A stretch of DNA of 64,000 bases from Eledone cirrhosa. Lineage: Eukaryota. This document shows positions 43,624 to 57,040 of this stretch, piece after piece. The notes below the pieces were generated by a model. It saw nothing but the letters and a program-made list of their open reading frames with translations. It did not search any database and was not told the DNA's origin. Both the position numbers and the translations under genes were made by a program. The DNA is taken from contig OZ024745.1 in the NCBI GenBank assembly GCA_964016885.1, positions 93,310,001-93,374,000 on the forward strand. Direction: 5' to 3'. How positions within the stretch are numbered: the stretch's first letter is position 1; every line of letters starts with the position of its first letter.

Positions 43624-43940
43624 TTTCATTTATTGGCCACAAGGGCCGACATAGAGGGGACAATACAAAAGACTGGGACAGTGGGGTTTTACAGAAAAAT
43701 CGAGTAAACAATATGAATAACAATAACAAAGTAACAATAAAGTAACAATAAAATTACAACAAGAAAAAATTCCCCAATAGGGGGGATGACCACCTAGGGT
43801 TCACTCAGGTACCCCACCAGCCCTGAACGACCCGTCGCTTCGAGATCACCCTGGAAGGGCAACCCTCTCCTCCTCAAATTTACCTACCTACAGCCGCATG
43901 ACCAGAGTAGGCCCACTCACACGGGCCATTCTCGCCACAT

Positions 43941-46900
43941 TCACCCACCTTTCAGCAAATGTACTGGAGAGGGGGGGGGCAGCACTTCTCTCTCCACCCT
44001 CACTTTCCTTTCCAAGTGAAACTTGAAAAAGTTGGTGAGGGATTGGCTGAAGAGAAAAGTGTCTGTCTTCAGTCCTTTCAACCTCGTCCACCATACAACC
44101 TCTTTCGCTACTGCCACCAGACAGAGGAAAATTGCCTGCCCTTCCTGGCCAAAAGAAGGCGGTGGGTCGATCTTCACTATGGACTCGGCCGATAGCCGGA
44201 TCCGTTCTACACGCGACAACAGCTGTTCAACATAACTCCACAAGTCAGTAATGCACGGACACTGGACGAGTGCGTGCAGAACGGTTTCGTCGCTCTGCGC
44301 GCATCTCGGGCAGGTCCGTCTGACAGCACTTCCGTGCCTGTAGAGTTTATCTCGAACCGGTAGTGCCCCCCGGTAGCACTGCCAAGCGAGGGATTTTTGA
44401 AAATTATCCATCGTCTCCGGCTCGAAAGTCCTCCGGTACAGACTGGTTAGTTCGACTTCGTTGACTCCCAGAGCCTCTCCGAGTGCGTCGTCGCACTTTC
44501 CCACCACTAATCCTCTATAGAACTCGAGAGTGGAAGTTCCACTGACCGCATTGCCCGCCTGGTAGAGGGCAGTGAGTGCTTGGCAACATTCCAGATGCCA
44601 GTCACCCAGTCTCGGTCTCTTCTTGACCCAGGACTGCAACTCAGTCAAAGAAACGAGCTGCGGAAAGGCCCGTCTGACAAACAGCGACCACACCTGTTCA
44701 CCGTTTAGGCAGAATATCTGGAGATGCCGCAGCCTCAGCGCGTGCCTGCTAATCATTAGCCACGGCATGCCCAGTTCTCCACGTAGAGGGTGGTGGCAGC
44801 AGATGGACCGCCTCACCAGCGGAACCTGACCGCTCCACAAGAATGTGAAGAGGAGCCACTCCAAGATGGCGAGGCGTGAACGGGAGCAAGGGACGACGGT
44901 CAGACGGTAGTAGATGACGGACGCGATGTACGCGTTCGCCACCTCCGCCCGACCTTTCAGTGATAGCTTCATCCCAGCCCATTTCTGGGTGAGACTGACT
45001 ACCCTGCCCGTCACCTCGTCCCAATTCTTATCCACCTGGAGGTCTAGCCCGAACCAAACCCCTAGCAACTTTACCGGTCCGTCCGTCCAGCGCCTAACAA
45101 CGCTGTTGGACGGCATGGACTTGCCTCTCCAGGTGCCGAGTTGCAAGCCCACTGACTTTTCCGGTTAAGTTTTGCTCCCGTCAACCTTTCATATTCATCC
45201 AATAAGTTGCCGACCACCTCGATTTCTGAGGTGTCCGACACCATCACGGTGATGTTGTCCGCATAAGCCAACACAGCCTTTCCGCGTCCCGGTTCGAGCG
45301 GCATGCCCTGCAACAGCTCCAGCTTCCGCAGTAAAAGCTCGAGAGTCAATACGTACAGAAGGGAGGAGAGAGGGCACCCTTGACGGACTGATCGGGAGAC
45401 CTGAAACGGTTCCGAGAGGTGGCCATTAATTTTGACCATCGAGCAGGTGCCGCTGTGCATTGCAGCGATCCAGCTTCTGAAGACGGGGCCGAAGCCAGCT
45501 GCCTTGAGGACAGCCTCCAGGTACCGATGGTCGTCCCTATTGAATGCTTTCGATTGATCTAAATTGATCAGAGCCCCACCGAAGCCAGGTTTACACCCTA
45601 CCCTCTCTATGATGTATCGCATTAGGTGGAGGTTGTCGTGTATGGACCTGGTTGGGATTGCGCAACTTTGCGCCTCCCCAACCAAATCCCCGACGACAAG
45701 CGCCAACCTATTCGCTAATATCCTGGCCAAAATCTTAAACTCTGTGTTGAGCAGAGTTATGGGCCTGAAATTGTCTAATGTGTCCCTCTTGTTCTCGTCT
45801 TTCCTTATCAGCGTCACTACGGCCCGGCTCACAGAACTGGGAATACTCCCGTTTTGCTTCCAGTTGCAGTAGAGGGCTTCGAGGAGATTGGAGAACAAGT
45901 CTGGCATATTTACGTAAAGCTCGTAGGGCAGACCATCCAAACCGGGTGACTTGCGCCTCATGCAGCCGACAAGGGCATCCTGAATCTCGGCTGAAGTAAT
46001 TGGCCTTTCGCAGTGCCCAGCGTCAGCCGTCGAGAGTTACGGCAAGCCATCGAGGTAGGGAGTGAAGTCCGCCACCATCTCTGACCCGCCACTTCCCCCG
46101 AACAACCGAGCAAAATGTTGGCGAAAGGCCTCACACATCCTCTTGGAATCGCTCAGCTCGTGCCCGTCTCGGTCCGTCAAAGACCGAATCGTGGTTTTAT
46201 TACCACGCTGCACCTCTTCCACGCGGGCCCATCGAACAGCTTTGGTTCCCTCGTTTCTCAGAGCACGCGCCTTAGCTCTGACAATGCAACCTTCGTGTTT
46301 CGCATTGAAGAAATGGTCTAATGCCATTCTCGCCGCTACCACGTCAGTTGCAATGCCACTACCAATAGCCTCGTCTAACTTATCTACCAACTCCCCCTCC
46401 TTTCCATTTTTCTCTAACACTACTTCTTTGCTAAACTCTATCGACATTACTATAATCTCTCTTTTGAGAGCCCCCCACCATCTATTGTTGACGATTCCCC
46501 TTGTCAACTTTTTCTTAACTAAATTGTTGACCTGGTCCCTGTAAGCTTTACGTGCCAGAAATGACATGTTTAGTTTCCAGTAACCAGGTCCTAGCCTACG
46601 CGTCTTATCTAGGTCGACCATACAGATCACAAACTTGTGATCTGAATAGGCGACCGTTCCAAAACGTGGACAGCTTACACTATTTCTGTCTATTTTCCTA
46701 ATGAATATCCTGTCTATATACGATCTAGATGACCCTATGCGGTTAGCCCAGGTCCACACTGGCGCATTAGGGAAATCTAGTCGGTACCTGTCAGACAGTT
46801 GGAATTGGCTGATCAGGTTCTTGAGGCTTTTGCACCCCCCGCTCCTATCGGATACTCCCACACAGTCCCAGCGTGCGTCTAAGATGCCGTTCCAGTCCCC

Positions 46901-47317
46901 AGCTAACAGTAAAGGGCGAGACGTACCCAGAAAGGCTTCCAGGCATCTAAAGAAGTCCGGCCGTCCTGCCCCAGTAGGAGCATAGACGGCCACCAGTCTA
47001 AAGGCACCACCTTCATTATTGTTCACGTCCAGGACCACCAACTTCCCGTCCGGGTCCTGGAAGATCGACCTTACCTCGAGATCCAAGCCTTTCCTAAACA
47101 GCTCTGCCACCCTGCCTCCCATTCCCGGCCGGCTAACAGATGCAAAGATATGATAGTCGTCGAAAATGGGGGCTAGTGCGCGCGTGTCGGAAATCCTGGT
47201 CTCGCTGACTGCAATTACATCCATTTCTATAGACCTGAGGCCGTTGAGCAGGTGACCCTGCTTCCAGGACGATCCCAGGCCTCGACCATTTAAACATCCT
47301 ACTCTTAATACGGCCAT
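43941..47317 (-). pseudogene. LINE ORF2 (APE endonuclease, reverse transcriptase, C-terminal Zn finger), disrupted
   Basis: APE motifs LNGRGL, VYAP, GDWN, SYIDR, SDH; RT motifs SPGLDGL, FRPITLLN, LDQSKAF, RQGCPLS and YADN (YADD lost); CPRC...H...C; stop at 46037 and frameshift at about 45155. Confidence 0.9.
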
Positions 47318-47348
47318 GTTGGCAGGTTAAACAGAGTGAGAGGAAGGT

Positions 47349-48863
47349 TTACTTACCTTCTGGGCTCTTGTGAAGGTCGGGTTGTTTGACCTCAATAGTT
47401 AGTGGGGTTTCTTTTGGGAACCTCTTTAAAAGTCTTGAAGTGGGTTTTACGTTCGGGGTTCCCACGTCCCAAGGAAAGCTGTCTCGTATTTCTTTGAATA
47501 TGTCGAGCGACATTCGCACCAGAACCAAATCTTCCGGCACGCGAAATGTGCTCGATTTAAAAATTTCCCCCTCTTTTTGTATATTTTCACTTCGTGCTAG
47601 GAGGGCCATCAGTTCCTTGTTGGCCCTCCTGACGAGTACGAAGTTTTGTATGTTTTGTTGGCGTGATTTTATTTGTTTGCGTGGCGGTGGTGGTGATGGT
47701 TTTGGTGCTGTTGTTTCGGTTGTATCTGTGTTTGTTGTGAATGCGGTGTCTGTGGTTTCAGATGTTTGTGTGTATATTTGTTCTTGCGTCTGTTTCGGTT
47801 GTTTGCGTTTGGGGGATTCTGGTGATGGTGATGGTGGTGTTGATGTTGGTGTTATTGGAGAGATGTTTGCGTGGGTGGTGTCTGTGTTTTTTATTGTGGG
47901 TGCTTTTGTGCTTTGTTGAGTTTTTTTTTTCTTTTTGTGTTTCCTTTTTTGTATTTTGGGGGATTTGGGATTTCCTTCATCTTCACTACTGGTAGATGAG
48001 GGGTCTGTGTCTGTAAGTGTGTCTGTATGTATGTTTATGGTTTTATTGGTGTGTGTATTTTGGGGGGGAGGGGGAATTTGACAGCTTTCCTCGTTTCCCC
48101 CTTGGGTGGTCAATGTTGGTGTTGTTGTTGGTTTTGCCGGTGCAGGTGTTGGTTGTGGTCCTCGCCCCGGCGTTGGCAGCAGTGGAGCCTTTCCACCCCT
48201 TGCCTCTTTCAGCAGTTGAGGGCAGAAGGCTCGCAAATGGGTTTTTTCCCCACAAACAAAACACTGCGGCCTTTTGCCTTCGGTCATAATGTGAATGACC
48301 GTCTCACTCTGAAGGTGGGTGTGGTTCGGGATTGTCTTCACATTCTCGGGCCTGATCTGGAGAAGGATCTCCAGGTCAACCCCGGACCAGTCCTCTCTGG
48401 CCGTTCTGGTCACTTCTATAAGGACTGTATCCGTCCCCTCCACAATCACACATCCCAGAAGCCACCACATGTCAAGTCCTGGTGGGATTCTGGGAATGCG
48501 GAGACGGGCCGTTCTTCTTCCCATGTAGGAGGGGTACATTATGACCTTGCTGGTTTTGCAAGGAGTCATAGCGTGTTTCATAGCGAGGGCTTCTGACTTG
48601 ATCAACACTGAAATGGTGCCGTACTGTCTGCCCCTCTCTATGTACTGGGTGTCTTCTCTGATGCACCTCAGCGCGACTTCGACATCTGCTTGTGGGATTA
48701 GAGCTGCTCTTTTGGTTTGTGCTGAGATGCATCTATAATGCACCGTTCTGCGCTCCACTGCCTCAATAGCTTCTACCGGGACAGTTAAGTTGGCCCAGGT
48801 TTGCTCTTGCTTGATGAGCTTCCATGCCTGGGCCAACTTTTCATCTTTATTTGAGAGGTCCAT
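47349..48863 (-). CDS. LINE ORF1 (gag-like, zinc knuckle)
   Basis: 504-aa ORF with CFVCGEKTHLRAFC; probably extends upstream to an ATG at about 49302 across poly-A frameshifts. Confidence 0.8.
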   Translation of the reverse strand: MDLSNKDEKLAQAWKLIKQEQTWANLTVPVEAIEAVERRTVHYRCISAQTKRAALIPQADVEVALRCIREDTQYIERGRQYGTISVLIKSEALAMKHAMTPCKTSKVIMYPSYMGRRTARLRIPRIPPGLDMWWLLGCVIVEGTDTVLIEVTRTAREDWSGVDLEILLQIRPENVKTIPNHTHLQSETVIHIMTEGKRPQCFVCGEKTHLRAFCPQLLKEARGGKAPLLPTPGRGPQPTPAPAKPTTTPTLTTQGGNEESCQIPPPPQNTHTNKTINIHTDTLTDTDPSSTSSEDEGNPKSPKIQKRKHKKKKKTQQSTKAPTIKNTDTTHANISPITPTSTPPSPSPESPKRKQPKQTQEQIYTQTSETTDTAFTTNTDTTETTAPKPSPPPPRKQIKSRQQNIQNFVLVRRANKELMALLARSENIQKEGEIFKSSTFRVPEDLVLVRMSLDIFKEIRDSFPWDVGTPNVKPTSRLLKRFPKETPLTIEVKQPDLHKSPEGK

Positions 48864-49639
48864 GTTGAAGCATGGCCTCTTTTTTGCTGTTGCCGCAGCG
48901 AAAGTGTTCTTGTTTTCGTTGGGGTGTTGATGGCATTGTTCTTGTTGGTGTTGTTAGCACTGTCGCTGTTATCATTGTTGTCTTTGTTGCCACCATTGTT
49001 CTCGGTGCAGTTGGTATTGTTGTTGTTGGTATTGTCGCTATTTGTTTTCATGTTAGTGGTGTTAATATTGTTGTTGTATTTGTTATTTTTTTTTTTTGTT
49101 ATCTGTATTTTCGTTGTCGTTGTTACTGTCATTTTTTTTCAAAATTAGAGTTCTTATTGGTATCATTGGTGTCTTTGTTTACATTGTTTGTGGTGGTGTT
49201 TGTGTTATCAATGTGTGTTAATTTCGTTGTACCGCTCCTCTCAACTTCTACGTCGTTGTCGCACGACAGCCGACATATCGCTGGGGGGCATGGCTCAGCC
49301 ATGGTTTTTTTTTCTTCATAAATTTTTTAACATGTAAAAAAAAGTTCAAATATTTGGGCCAAAAGGCCCAAATATTATACTTTCCCCTTCACGGGGCAAA
49401 GTCTAAGAGCTTATATTCCTTACACAACAAGAAATATTTAACAACAAATAATTTTAACAGGCAAATAAAGCGACTTACTGTGAGCAAGCAAAATACGTCC
49501 GCTTAGACCAATAATAATAATAATAATAAAAAGGACGAGGTGTTAGATCTTCATTACATTTATTTCACGGCTCAATCTGTACTGATCTGGCCTGACTCTG
49601 GAATCAAAAGCTTGTTGAACTAATATATATATATATATA

Positions 49640-50598
49640 TATAACTTTGATATGTTTCGGCCAGTATTGGCCCATGCCATGTCTAACTTAATAGCACCAC
49701 CTGGCGAAGTTTTACAAATCAGTGTTTGGGCACCAAGGCCCACTCGAGCAGAGTTATAGTTTACGGACGCATATCCGGGTGTAGGAGGCTTATCCGGGAT
49801 TTTTTTAAGGAATTTGTCCAAAGACTTCTTGAACTTGATGGGGTCTGTTTCTGTTTTAATGTGTTCTGGTGTAATGTTAAAGAGAGCGGGGCCAATTGAG
49901 GTGAAATAATTGTGCTGTATTGTTGTTATGAGATGTGAGTGACATTTTTGTCGTGGGTGGATAGCATGGGGCCCAAGCCTTGGGTGTACATTAAAGGTGA
50001 TGCCAACATTATTTGGACAAAGCTGATGGGATATTTTCCACATCATGCAGATAATGTAGCTCTCACGAGAGAATAAAGTTTGAGCTTTTCTAATCGACTC
50101 CAATAGTCAAGGCCTGTCATGCCATCTATCTTTTTTGTAATCGATCTTTGGGGTGCTTCAACTTTCATGATACTTTCTGTCGTGTGGGGAGACCACAGTT
50201 GACAACAGTAATCAAGGTGAGGTCGGGCCAAATTGGAGAAGAGAAGGATAACAGTGTGGATATCTCTTGACTGGAAGGTTCTGAGAATCCAGAAACACAT
50301 TCTGCGGGCCATGTCAACTTTGCTGTTTTATATGAGTAGCCCAGCTTATGTTGTTGTCCACAATTACTCCCAGGTGTCTGATGTTGTTGGATGCCACTAG
50401 AGTTTCACCCGAAAGAAGAGAGTATGGTAGTTTTCAGGGCATCCTTTTTTCCAAAGTGGATTAATTCAAACTTATCCTCATTCAATGGCATATTGTTCTT
50501 TTCTGCCCATTGGATAACAGCCAGTAGGTCTGACTGAAGGCAAGTCCGGTCACCCACCTCATTGATGACCCTTTGGAGCTTGAAATCATCTGCGATAG
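49640..50598 (-). mobile_element. CR1/L2-group LINE 3' fragment
   Basis: IADD; WILRTF...RPHLDYCCQLWSPH; YWSRLEKLKLYSL; FKKSLDKFL..IPD.P. Confidence 0.85.
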
Positions 50599-50756
50599 GC
50601 TTTTTGAGTCTTTGAGTTTATATAAAGGGAGAGAGCCTGCAGTGCTGAGACCGAGGAGACTACAAATTATGGGTGTACTCAATGCAGAGGGAGTATAGAG
50701 GGAGTATAGAAATTTGTAAAATCCCACCCGTGACACGAAGGTCGTAATTTTACATA

Positions 50757-50846
<90 letters not shown>

Positions 50847-50851
<5 letters not shown>

Positions 50852-50925
50852 GGTGTCTCTCAAAAATGTATACACACTTCAAAAGTATTCTAAATATGTG
50901 TATACATTTTATGGGACACCCCCTA
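50847..50925. mobile_element. Tiny Tc1/mariner-like MITE
   Basis: TA-CAGGGTGTC..AAAATGTATACAC / GTGTATACATTTT..GACACCC, next to (TA)n. Confidence 0.6.
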
Positions 50926-53579
50926 TATATAAATGGAGTAGATTATTGTTTAGTCCAGACCAGCTCTGATCAAACAGATCTTTGATCAAAGTATTCCAAC
51001 CATGAGAATCCTATTTTATTTCCAGACATAATATATAGGACTACATTATATGAGCCCTTCCTTTTTAAATAGGGAATTTTGACTTCTATATCTAGCAGGC
51101 TGAATTACCATATAGAAGCCCATTCTGGCTGTAAATTTTTGTTGTGTTGGTGTTTGTGGTGATCATACTGAGACACCTACCCAACATCTATAGTATGCTG
51201 GAGGTATATTGGTAAAGATTGAAGTCATAAGTTATTGATTTAATTGTTTAGCCCAGGCGTCACAAACTCAAAGACTCAAAAAGCCTATTATGTCCTGGGT
51301 GAGAGGCCCAGCAGTTCAAAAGTGAGACGGGCATGTGGGGCGTGATTTCCACCTGTTATAATGCTAATCTGAAGTACAAATTATTATTTTTTTTTAATCA
51401 AAATGAATATGTACATATGATAGTAAGTGGGATATGTGAATTAGTACAACATTTAGTGAGACAAATTTTTTGTTTCAAATTTTCCTCAATTCAGTTTTCA
51501 CTTTTGTTAAATTTCCATTTTATTGTATTTCTTATAATCAGGAAAAATTACGTTTTACGAAAATATTTATCATAAATTTGCCGGGGATCATAGAAAATTA
51601 GTTTACAGGCTGTGTGTCTGAAACGCCTAGTTAACTGTGATAAAAGTATTTCCTATGTGATACCCCGTATTTATTAGGGGCAAGGATCACATTATCTCAT
51701 GAGCTAGAACTACATTGTCTATTGTGTCCTAGATTTTTTTCACAATAGCCAATTGTTATTTGAGGGAGATTTAGTTGCTATTTCTTGCAGGTTAAGTGAT
51801 CACTTAAAAGCTTCCCTTGTTAATGTTGGTGTTGGAGATGATTCAAGTGGTAGTTGTTTTTTTGGGAAGAGTGTAACTGTTGTAAAGTTTGTAGTAGTGG
51901 TAGCTATAACAGCCCAGAGAGTGCCGAGGGGCGGGGGTTGTAATACTGAATTAACTCTGATCCAGGAATCATATGACAGGTAACCAGTCAAATGACTAGA
52001 CATGGGCCTACACTCCTGTGAATGCTGGTGTAGTTAGTAGTGGTATTGTTTAACCCCAGGTCAATCCTTATTGAGTTAATCCATGATGTAAAGCAGTCAT
52101 GTCAAACATGTGGCCTGTGAGCTGCATGTGGCCCTTTACAAGCACACCTGTGGCCCGCACAAAGGTTTTTACAGCGCGAGCATAATATAAGATAAACATA
52201 TTAGTTGTAATGTGCGCAATTAGTTAACATGTGTGGCCCTCAAACAACACATATGTGATCCATTGCCTGATGTAAAGCATCTTCGTCATGATCACTCCCA
52301 TATGTGTATACCAAGGACTACATTTTCCAATACGTTTTACGAAAATATTTATCATAAATTTGCCGGAGGTCATAGAAAATTAGTTTACAGGCTGTGTGTC
52401 TGAAACGCCTAGTTAACTGTGATAAAAGTATTTCCTATGTGATCACCCCGTATTTATTAGGGGCCCGTATTTATTAGGGGCTGTGTATACCAAGGACTAC
52501 ATTTTCCAATATGTACTTCCTTTTCAAGGCATTAAGGTATAATTTGAGGAAGTTATGATTATGATTTTTAGCAAGTAAAGAGGCCACGTAAAGGCTCTCT
52601 CATTGCCTTGTTAAAGTATGTTGAGGAGGTGACAATGATAGGATGTTTAGGCGATAACAAGCATGGTTACAGTGATAATTGTATCTTAACCTAGTTGAGT
52701 TTATCAAAGTTTAATAGCCCAATCCTATTTTAAATTCTGATGAGTTGTTGCTATTGTTATTTAACCCCTTGATCAAGCAGACTAATCATAAAAGAAAAAA
52801 AAACGCCCAAGCTATGACCATCCCATTTTTTCCTGTGTGTAAGGAAGCAAGGACCACTTTTCTAAAATGGTGGAGAGTGATTTGGGAGAGATTTGGTTGT
52901 TGTTTCTAGCAGATCAAGTTATAATGGCTTTCTTTATGGATTAAATTCTGAATAAGTGATTCAACAGTGTGGAATGGAGTGATGTGACTAAATGGAGCAT
53001 TGGTCATGGCTGTTTCTTCAAATGTCATACACATACACATACACTGACACATACATGCACACACACACACTCTCACACACACACACACACACACACATAC
53101 TCACACCCATGACTCATATACACACACACTGACTCACACACATATACACACACACAATCACACATGCACCCATTCACCATGACTCACAGACGCACATTGG
53201 CACAGACACACACACACAAACATACACACACTGACTCACGCACGCACAATCATACATGCACCCGCTCAGAATTATACACACACGTACACATCGATACACA
53301 CACACACACACACACACTAGCATAATCACATAGATACTCATATACACACACAATCATAAATACTTATATACATATATATATACACCCAGTCTACTTTACT
53401 CTGTCTCCTGTTATCTCTATTCTGTCAAAACTATACACCCATTTGATTATACATACATATCCACATATCCTAGTTTATTCTATTGGCCATTGTCTACAGC
53501 CTACTTCAATCAAATAAGCATTTTTTGTACCTGCTTGTTGTTAAATCAACAGACACACCTTAGCCCTTTTCTGACATAG

Positions 53580-54050
53580 ACTACCCCCCCCCCCCCCGCA
53601 CCACCAGCACCACCACCACAACCACCACATCACCATACCACTACCACTACACCACAACCACCACCACCACCACCACCACAACCACCACATCACCATACCA
53701 CCACCACCACCACACCACAACCACCACCACCACAACCACCACATCACCATACCACCACCACCACCACACCACAACCACCAGCACCACCACCACAACCACC
53801 ACATCACCATACCACCACCACCCCAACACACCACAACCACCAGCACCACCACCACAACCACCACATCACCATACCACCACCACCCCAACACACCACAACC
53901 ACCAGCACCACCACCACAACCACCACATCACCATACCACCACCACCACCACACCACAACCACCCCAACACAACCACCAGCACCACCAATACAACAACAAC
54001 AACAACAACAACGACAACGACTACTACTACTACTACTACTACTACAAATA
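53580..54050. repeat. CAC-rich repeat of about 57-60 bp, plus (CAA)n/(CTA)n
   Basis: Directly visible. Confidence 0.9.
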
Positions 54051-54214
54051 GTGCTAGTATGAGCCAATGAGAGAGACCCTATGCAGTTGACTAACCCAAT
54101 AGGAAATACAACCGAATCTCTTCATTATAACCACACAACAGACATTTTATCTAACTTCCCCTTTCATACATCAGCTATTAATATAACCGGTAGATAAATA
54201 GATAGATAGGTAGA

Positions 54215-54255
<41 letters not shown>

Positions 54256-54894
54256 TGAGCCAATAATATAGCCTCTAGGCAGCCAACCAGCCTACTAAAA
54301 ATAGATGCCAAATTCTCTGCCAGTAGTTTCAAAACCAAAGACTACATTATTCAACACTGCACATGTTATACAAAACGATGAGATGGTCATGAATGGAATG
54401 ACATTGAGCACAGATTTGCTTGGTCATGACTAACCTGGTTATAATTCTGAAAGAAATTGTATGGTGGATGAGGTTGAAAGGACTGGAGTTGGCACATTGA
54501 ATGTTATCAACTATTGAAATTATTTTGTCATATATATATATATTCTCTCGTTCACGATTTCACCGAATTTAAATTCATAGAAATTTGGGACTTGACTCCT
54601 TCTTCCTCACTTTTCGTTGCTTCACCATCTTTGTTTGTTTACACTCGTGTCCCCTTTATTTACGTGTCCCAACGACTTTTTTTTAGCCGTTGCTCGCACC
54701 AACCGGAGGTATATGGTCTTTAAAGCGATGAAATACCAATGATGGTTGGAAGATCACTGATGAAGGACTAACTTTATTCATATGTATCTATATATGTATG
54801 TATATATATGTATATAATATATATATATGTTATGCAATTCTAAAGGAAAAGCAAAGGAAAAAAGAGTGCTCTATGTATAGAACAGAGCTATTTA

Positions 54895-55077
54895 ATTAGA
54901 AAGTGAACAACACAAAATATAACTACTCCATTACCAAAGGTTTCTCGATCACAGCCGATAATAACATATCACACACGATAATAATATATACGTCTGGAAC
55001 GATCCAAACGTACATATTATTATCGTGTGTGAACCAGAAACCTTTGGTAATGGAGTAGTTATATTTTGTGTTGTTAC

Positions 55078-55085
<8 letters not shown>
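54895..55085. mobile_element. Fold-back element with about 50-bp TIRs
   Basis: attagaaagt..aacaacacaaaatataactactccattaccaaaggtttct and its reverse complement. Confidence 0.65.
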
Positions 55086-55132
<47 letters not shown>

Positions 55133-56429
55133 TATATATATACACACACATATATATATATAAAAACAAGAGTTATAAGTCAACATTTCATAATTTACTT
55201 CTTTCATTTCCGTTATGTATATTTCAGTAGCAGCCACAATTCAACAGCTATGACTTCTTCAGACAGTTAGAAGTGTAGTGACCTACATTCCGCAGGCTCA
55301 CATACATTCTCTGTGCGTGATTTGGCACAGCTCAGCCAATCAGCGCCAGCAGAAGAGAATGTATCCCTACGCGCCCTGAGGGAGAAATTCTCGCAGGAAT
55401 TAGAGAAATCAGTCTCTCGCATCCTGAACATGCTAATGTAACGACCTCTTGGTCTCTTGCTGCTTGAACTCCGAAGGAACGACATGAACAATATGTAACG
55501 GTGAGATTTGCACTTTGGCCTGCCGGCCTGCCTCGGGCCTGGCACAATGTCACATTCCTTTTGTAACCCTTTTATGCTTAACTTCAACCATACAAATTAA
55601 CAAACATTACTTTGTGCTACAACAAAAATAAACATACATTTCATATCACGAACATTCTTCTTGTTGACGTTATCATTTTACTCGTTGTCGATATGACTAA
55701 CACATACTTCTACCAAACTGATTACTCGTGGCGCTATAACAATTGCATTATTTCCTCTAACAACTTTGTTACTACATTAAAACATCCTCCTGTTATAGAA
55801 GCAACTAAACTCTCATATATATATATATGTAAGGCCCCACTCGGTCACGAATAACCATGGTTTAGCACCTAGAATGTTTCCCTCCGAAGCACAAGTCTGG
55901 GCAAGGTTGTTTAAGGAAGACCAGCAGTCACCCATGCATACCAGTCTCCCCTCCAATGATGTCCAAGGGAAAGGCTATGGCTGATACAGCTTGGCACCAG
56001 TGATGTCACAACTCATTTCTACAGCTGAGTAAACTGAACCAACGTGAAATAAAGTGTTTTGCTCAAGGACACAACGCATCACCCGGTTTGAGAATAGAAC
56101 TCACAACCTCTCAATTGCAAACCCAATGTTCTAACCACTGAGCCAGTTGCCTTCACATATATGTATTATACTGAAACAAAATCATTGGATAAGACTGACA
56201 TTTTTTGATCATTTTCCCATATCTTTAAGATACCAACCCAAAGGAAAATAGAGTGCCCACTAATATGTTATATGGTGAGAAAAGCGATTTCATGTAGATA
56301 GAGAATGAGATTCTCTCATCCTGGACTAATACATTTGTTTCCACTATTCTATCTGCTGGCGACAGTCCATATGGAGCTGGCGTTCACAGAAAATTAGGTA
56401 ATGCTATTAAGAATTACATAATTCAGGTA

Positions 56430-57040
56430 AGAGTAGCTTCATCACCGATAGCTGAACCCATAAAAGAACTAGAGAATAAGTTCTGACTATGGAAACAGAA
56501 TCTAGAATCAAAAGGGTTGAAAGTAAAGTTAACTAAAACTAAAGTGCTAGTAAGTAGGAAAGAAGATAGGACCCTGATTTCTTCAGGAAATTTGCTCTGC
56601 TCAGTATGTAGAAAAGGGGTAGGTATAAACTGTATACGAAGTACACAATGTAAATCTTGGGAACACAAGAGATGTAGAGGAATAATAGGCAGACTAACAG
56701 AAAGGGAAGACTTTGTATGTAGATGCACAGGAGTAATCAGATGAAGGAACCACAGAAGTGGTTAATAGCTTCTGCTATCTCGGTGACCTAATAAGCACCA
56801 GAGTAGGGTGCTCTAAGAGCATAATAACTAGAATAAGGATAGGATGGAAAAAGTTTAGAGAGCTACTCTCACTATTGACAATGAAAGGCTTCTCCCTATG
56901 TACAAAAGGATGGCTAAATGATGCCTGTGTGTGAAGTGGGATGCTACATGGTAGTGAAACATGGGCAGTGACTGCAGAGGACATGTGTAGATTGTAGAGA
57001 AATAAAGCAGCCATGCTTTGTTGGATGTGCAATGTAAAGG
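56430..57040 (+). mobile_element. Decayed RTE-clade LINE fragment
   Basis: WKQNLESKGLKV..KTK; CSVCRKGVG; FCYLGD; RIRIGWKKFREL; HGSETWAV. Confidence 0.8.

Larger units (their letters stand above)
43622..49505 (-). mobile_element. Near full-length Tx1/L1-clade non-LTR retrotransposon
   Basis: ORF1 with CCHC knuckle; ORF2 APE-RT-Zn finger broken by one stop and one frameshift; 3' AATAAA plus (ATT)n; (TAA)n on both flanks. Confidence 0.92.

Noticed and set aside
47386-49321. Plus-strand hydrophobic ORFs
   Set aside because: Antisense shadows of the low-complexity LINE ORF1.
53541-54067. W/V/G-rich ORFs
   Set aside because: Translation of a CAC-rich simple repeat.
54757-54780. CTGATGA motif
   Set aside because: Truncated by microsatellite; no GAAA or stem partner.
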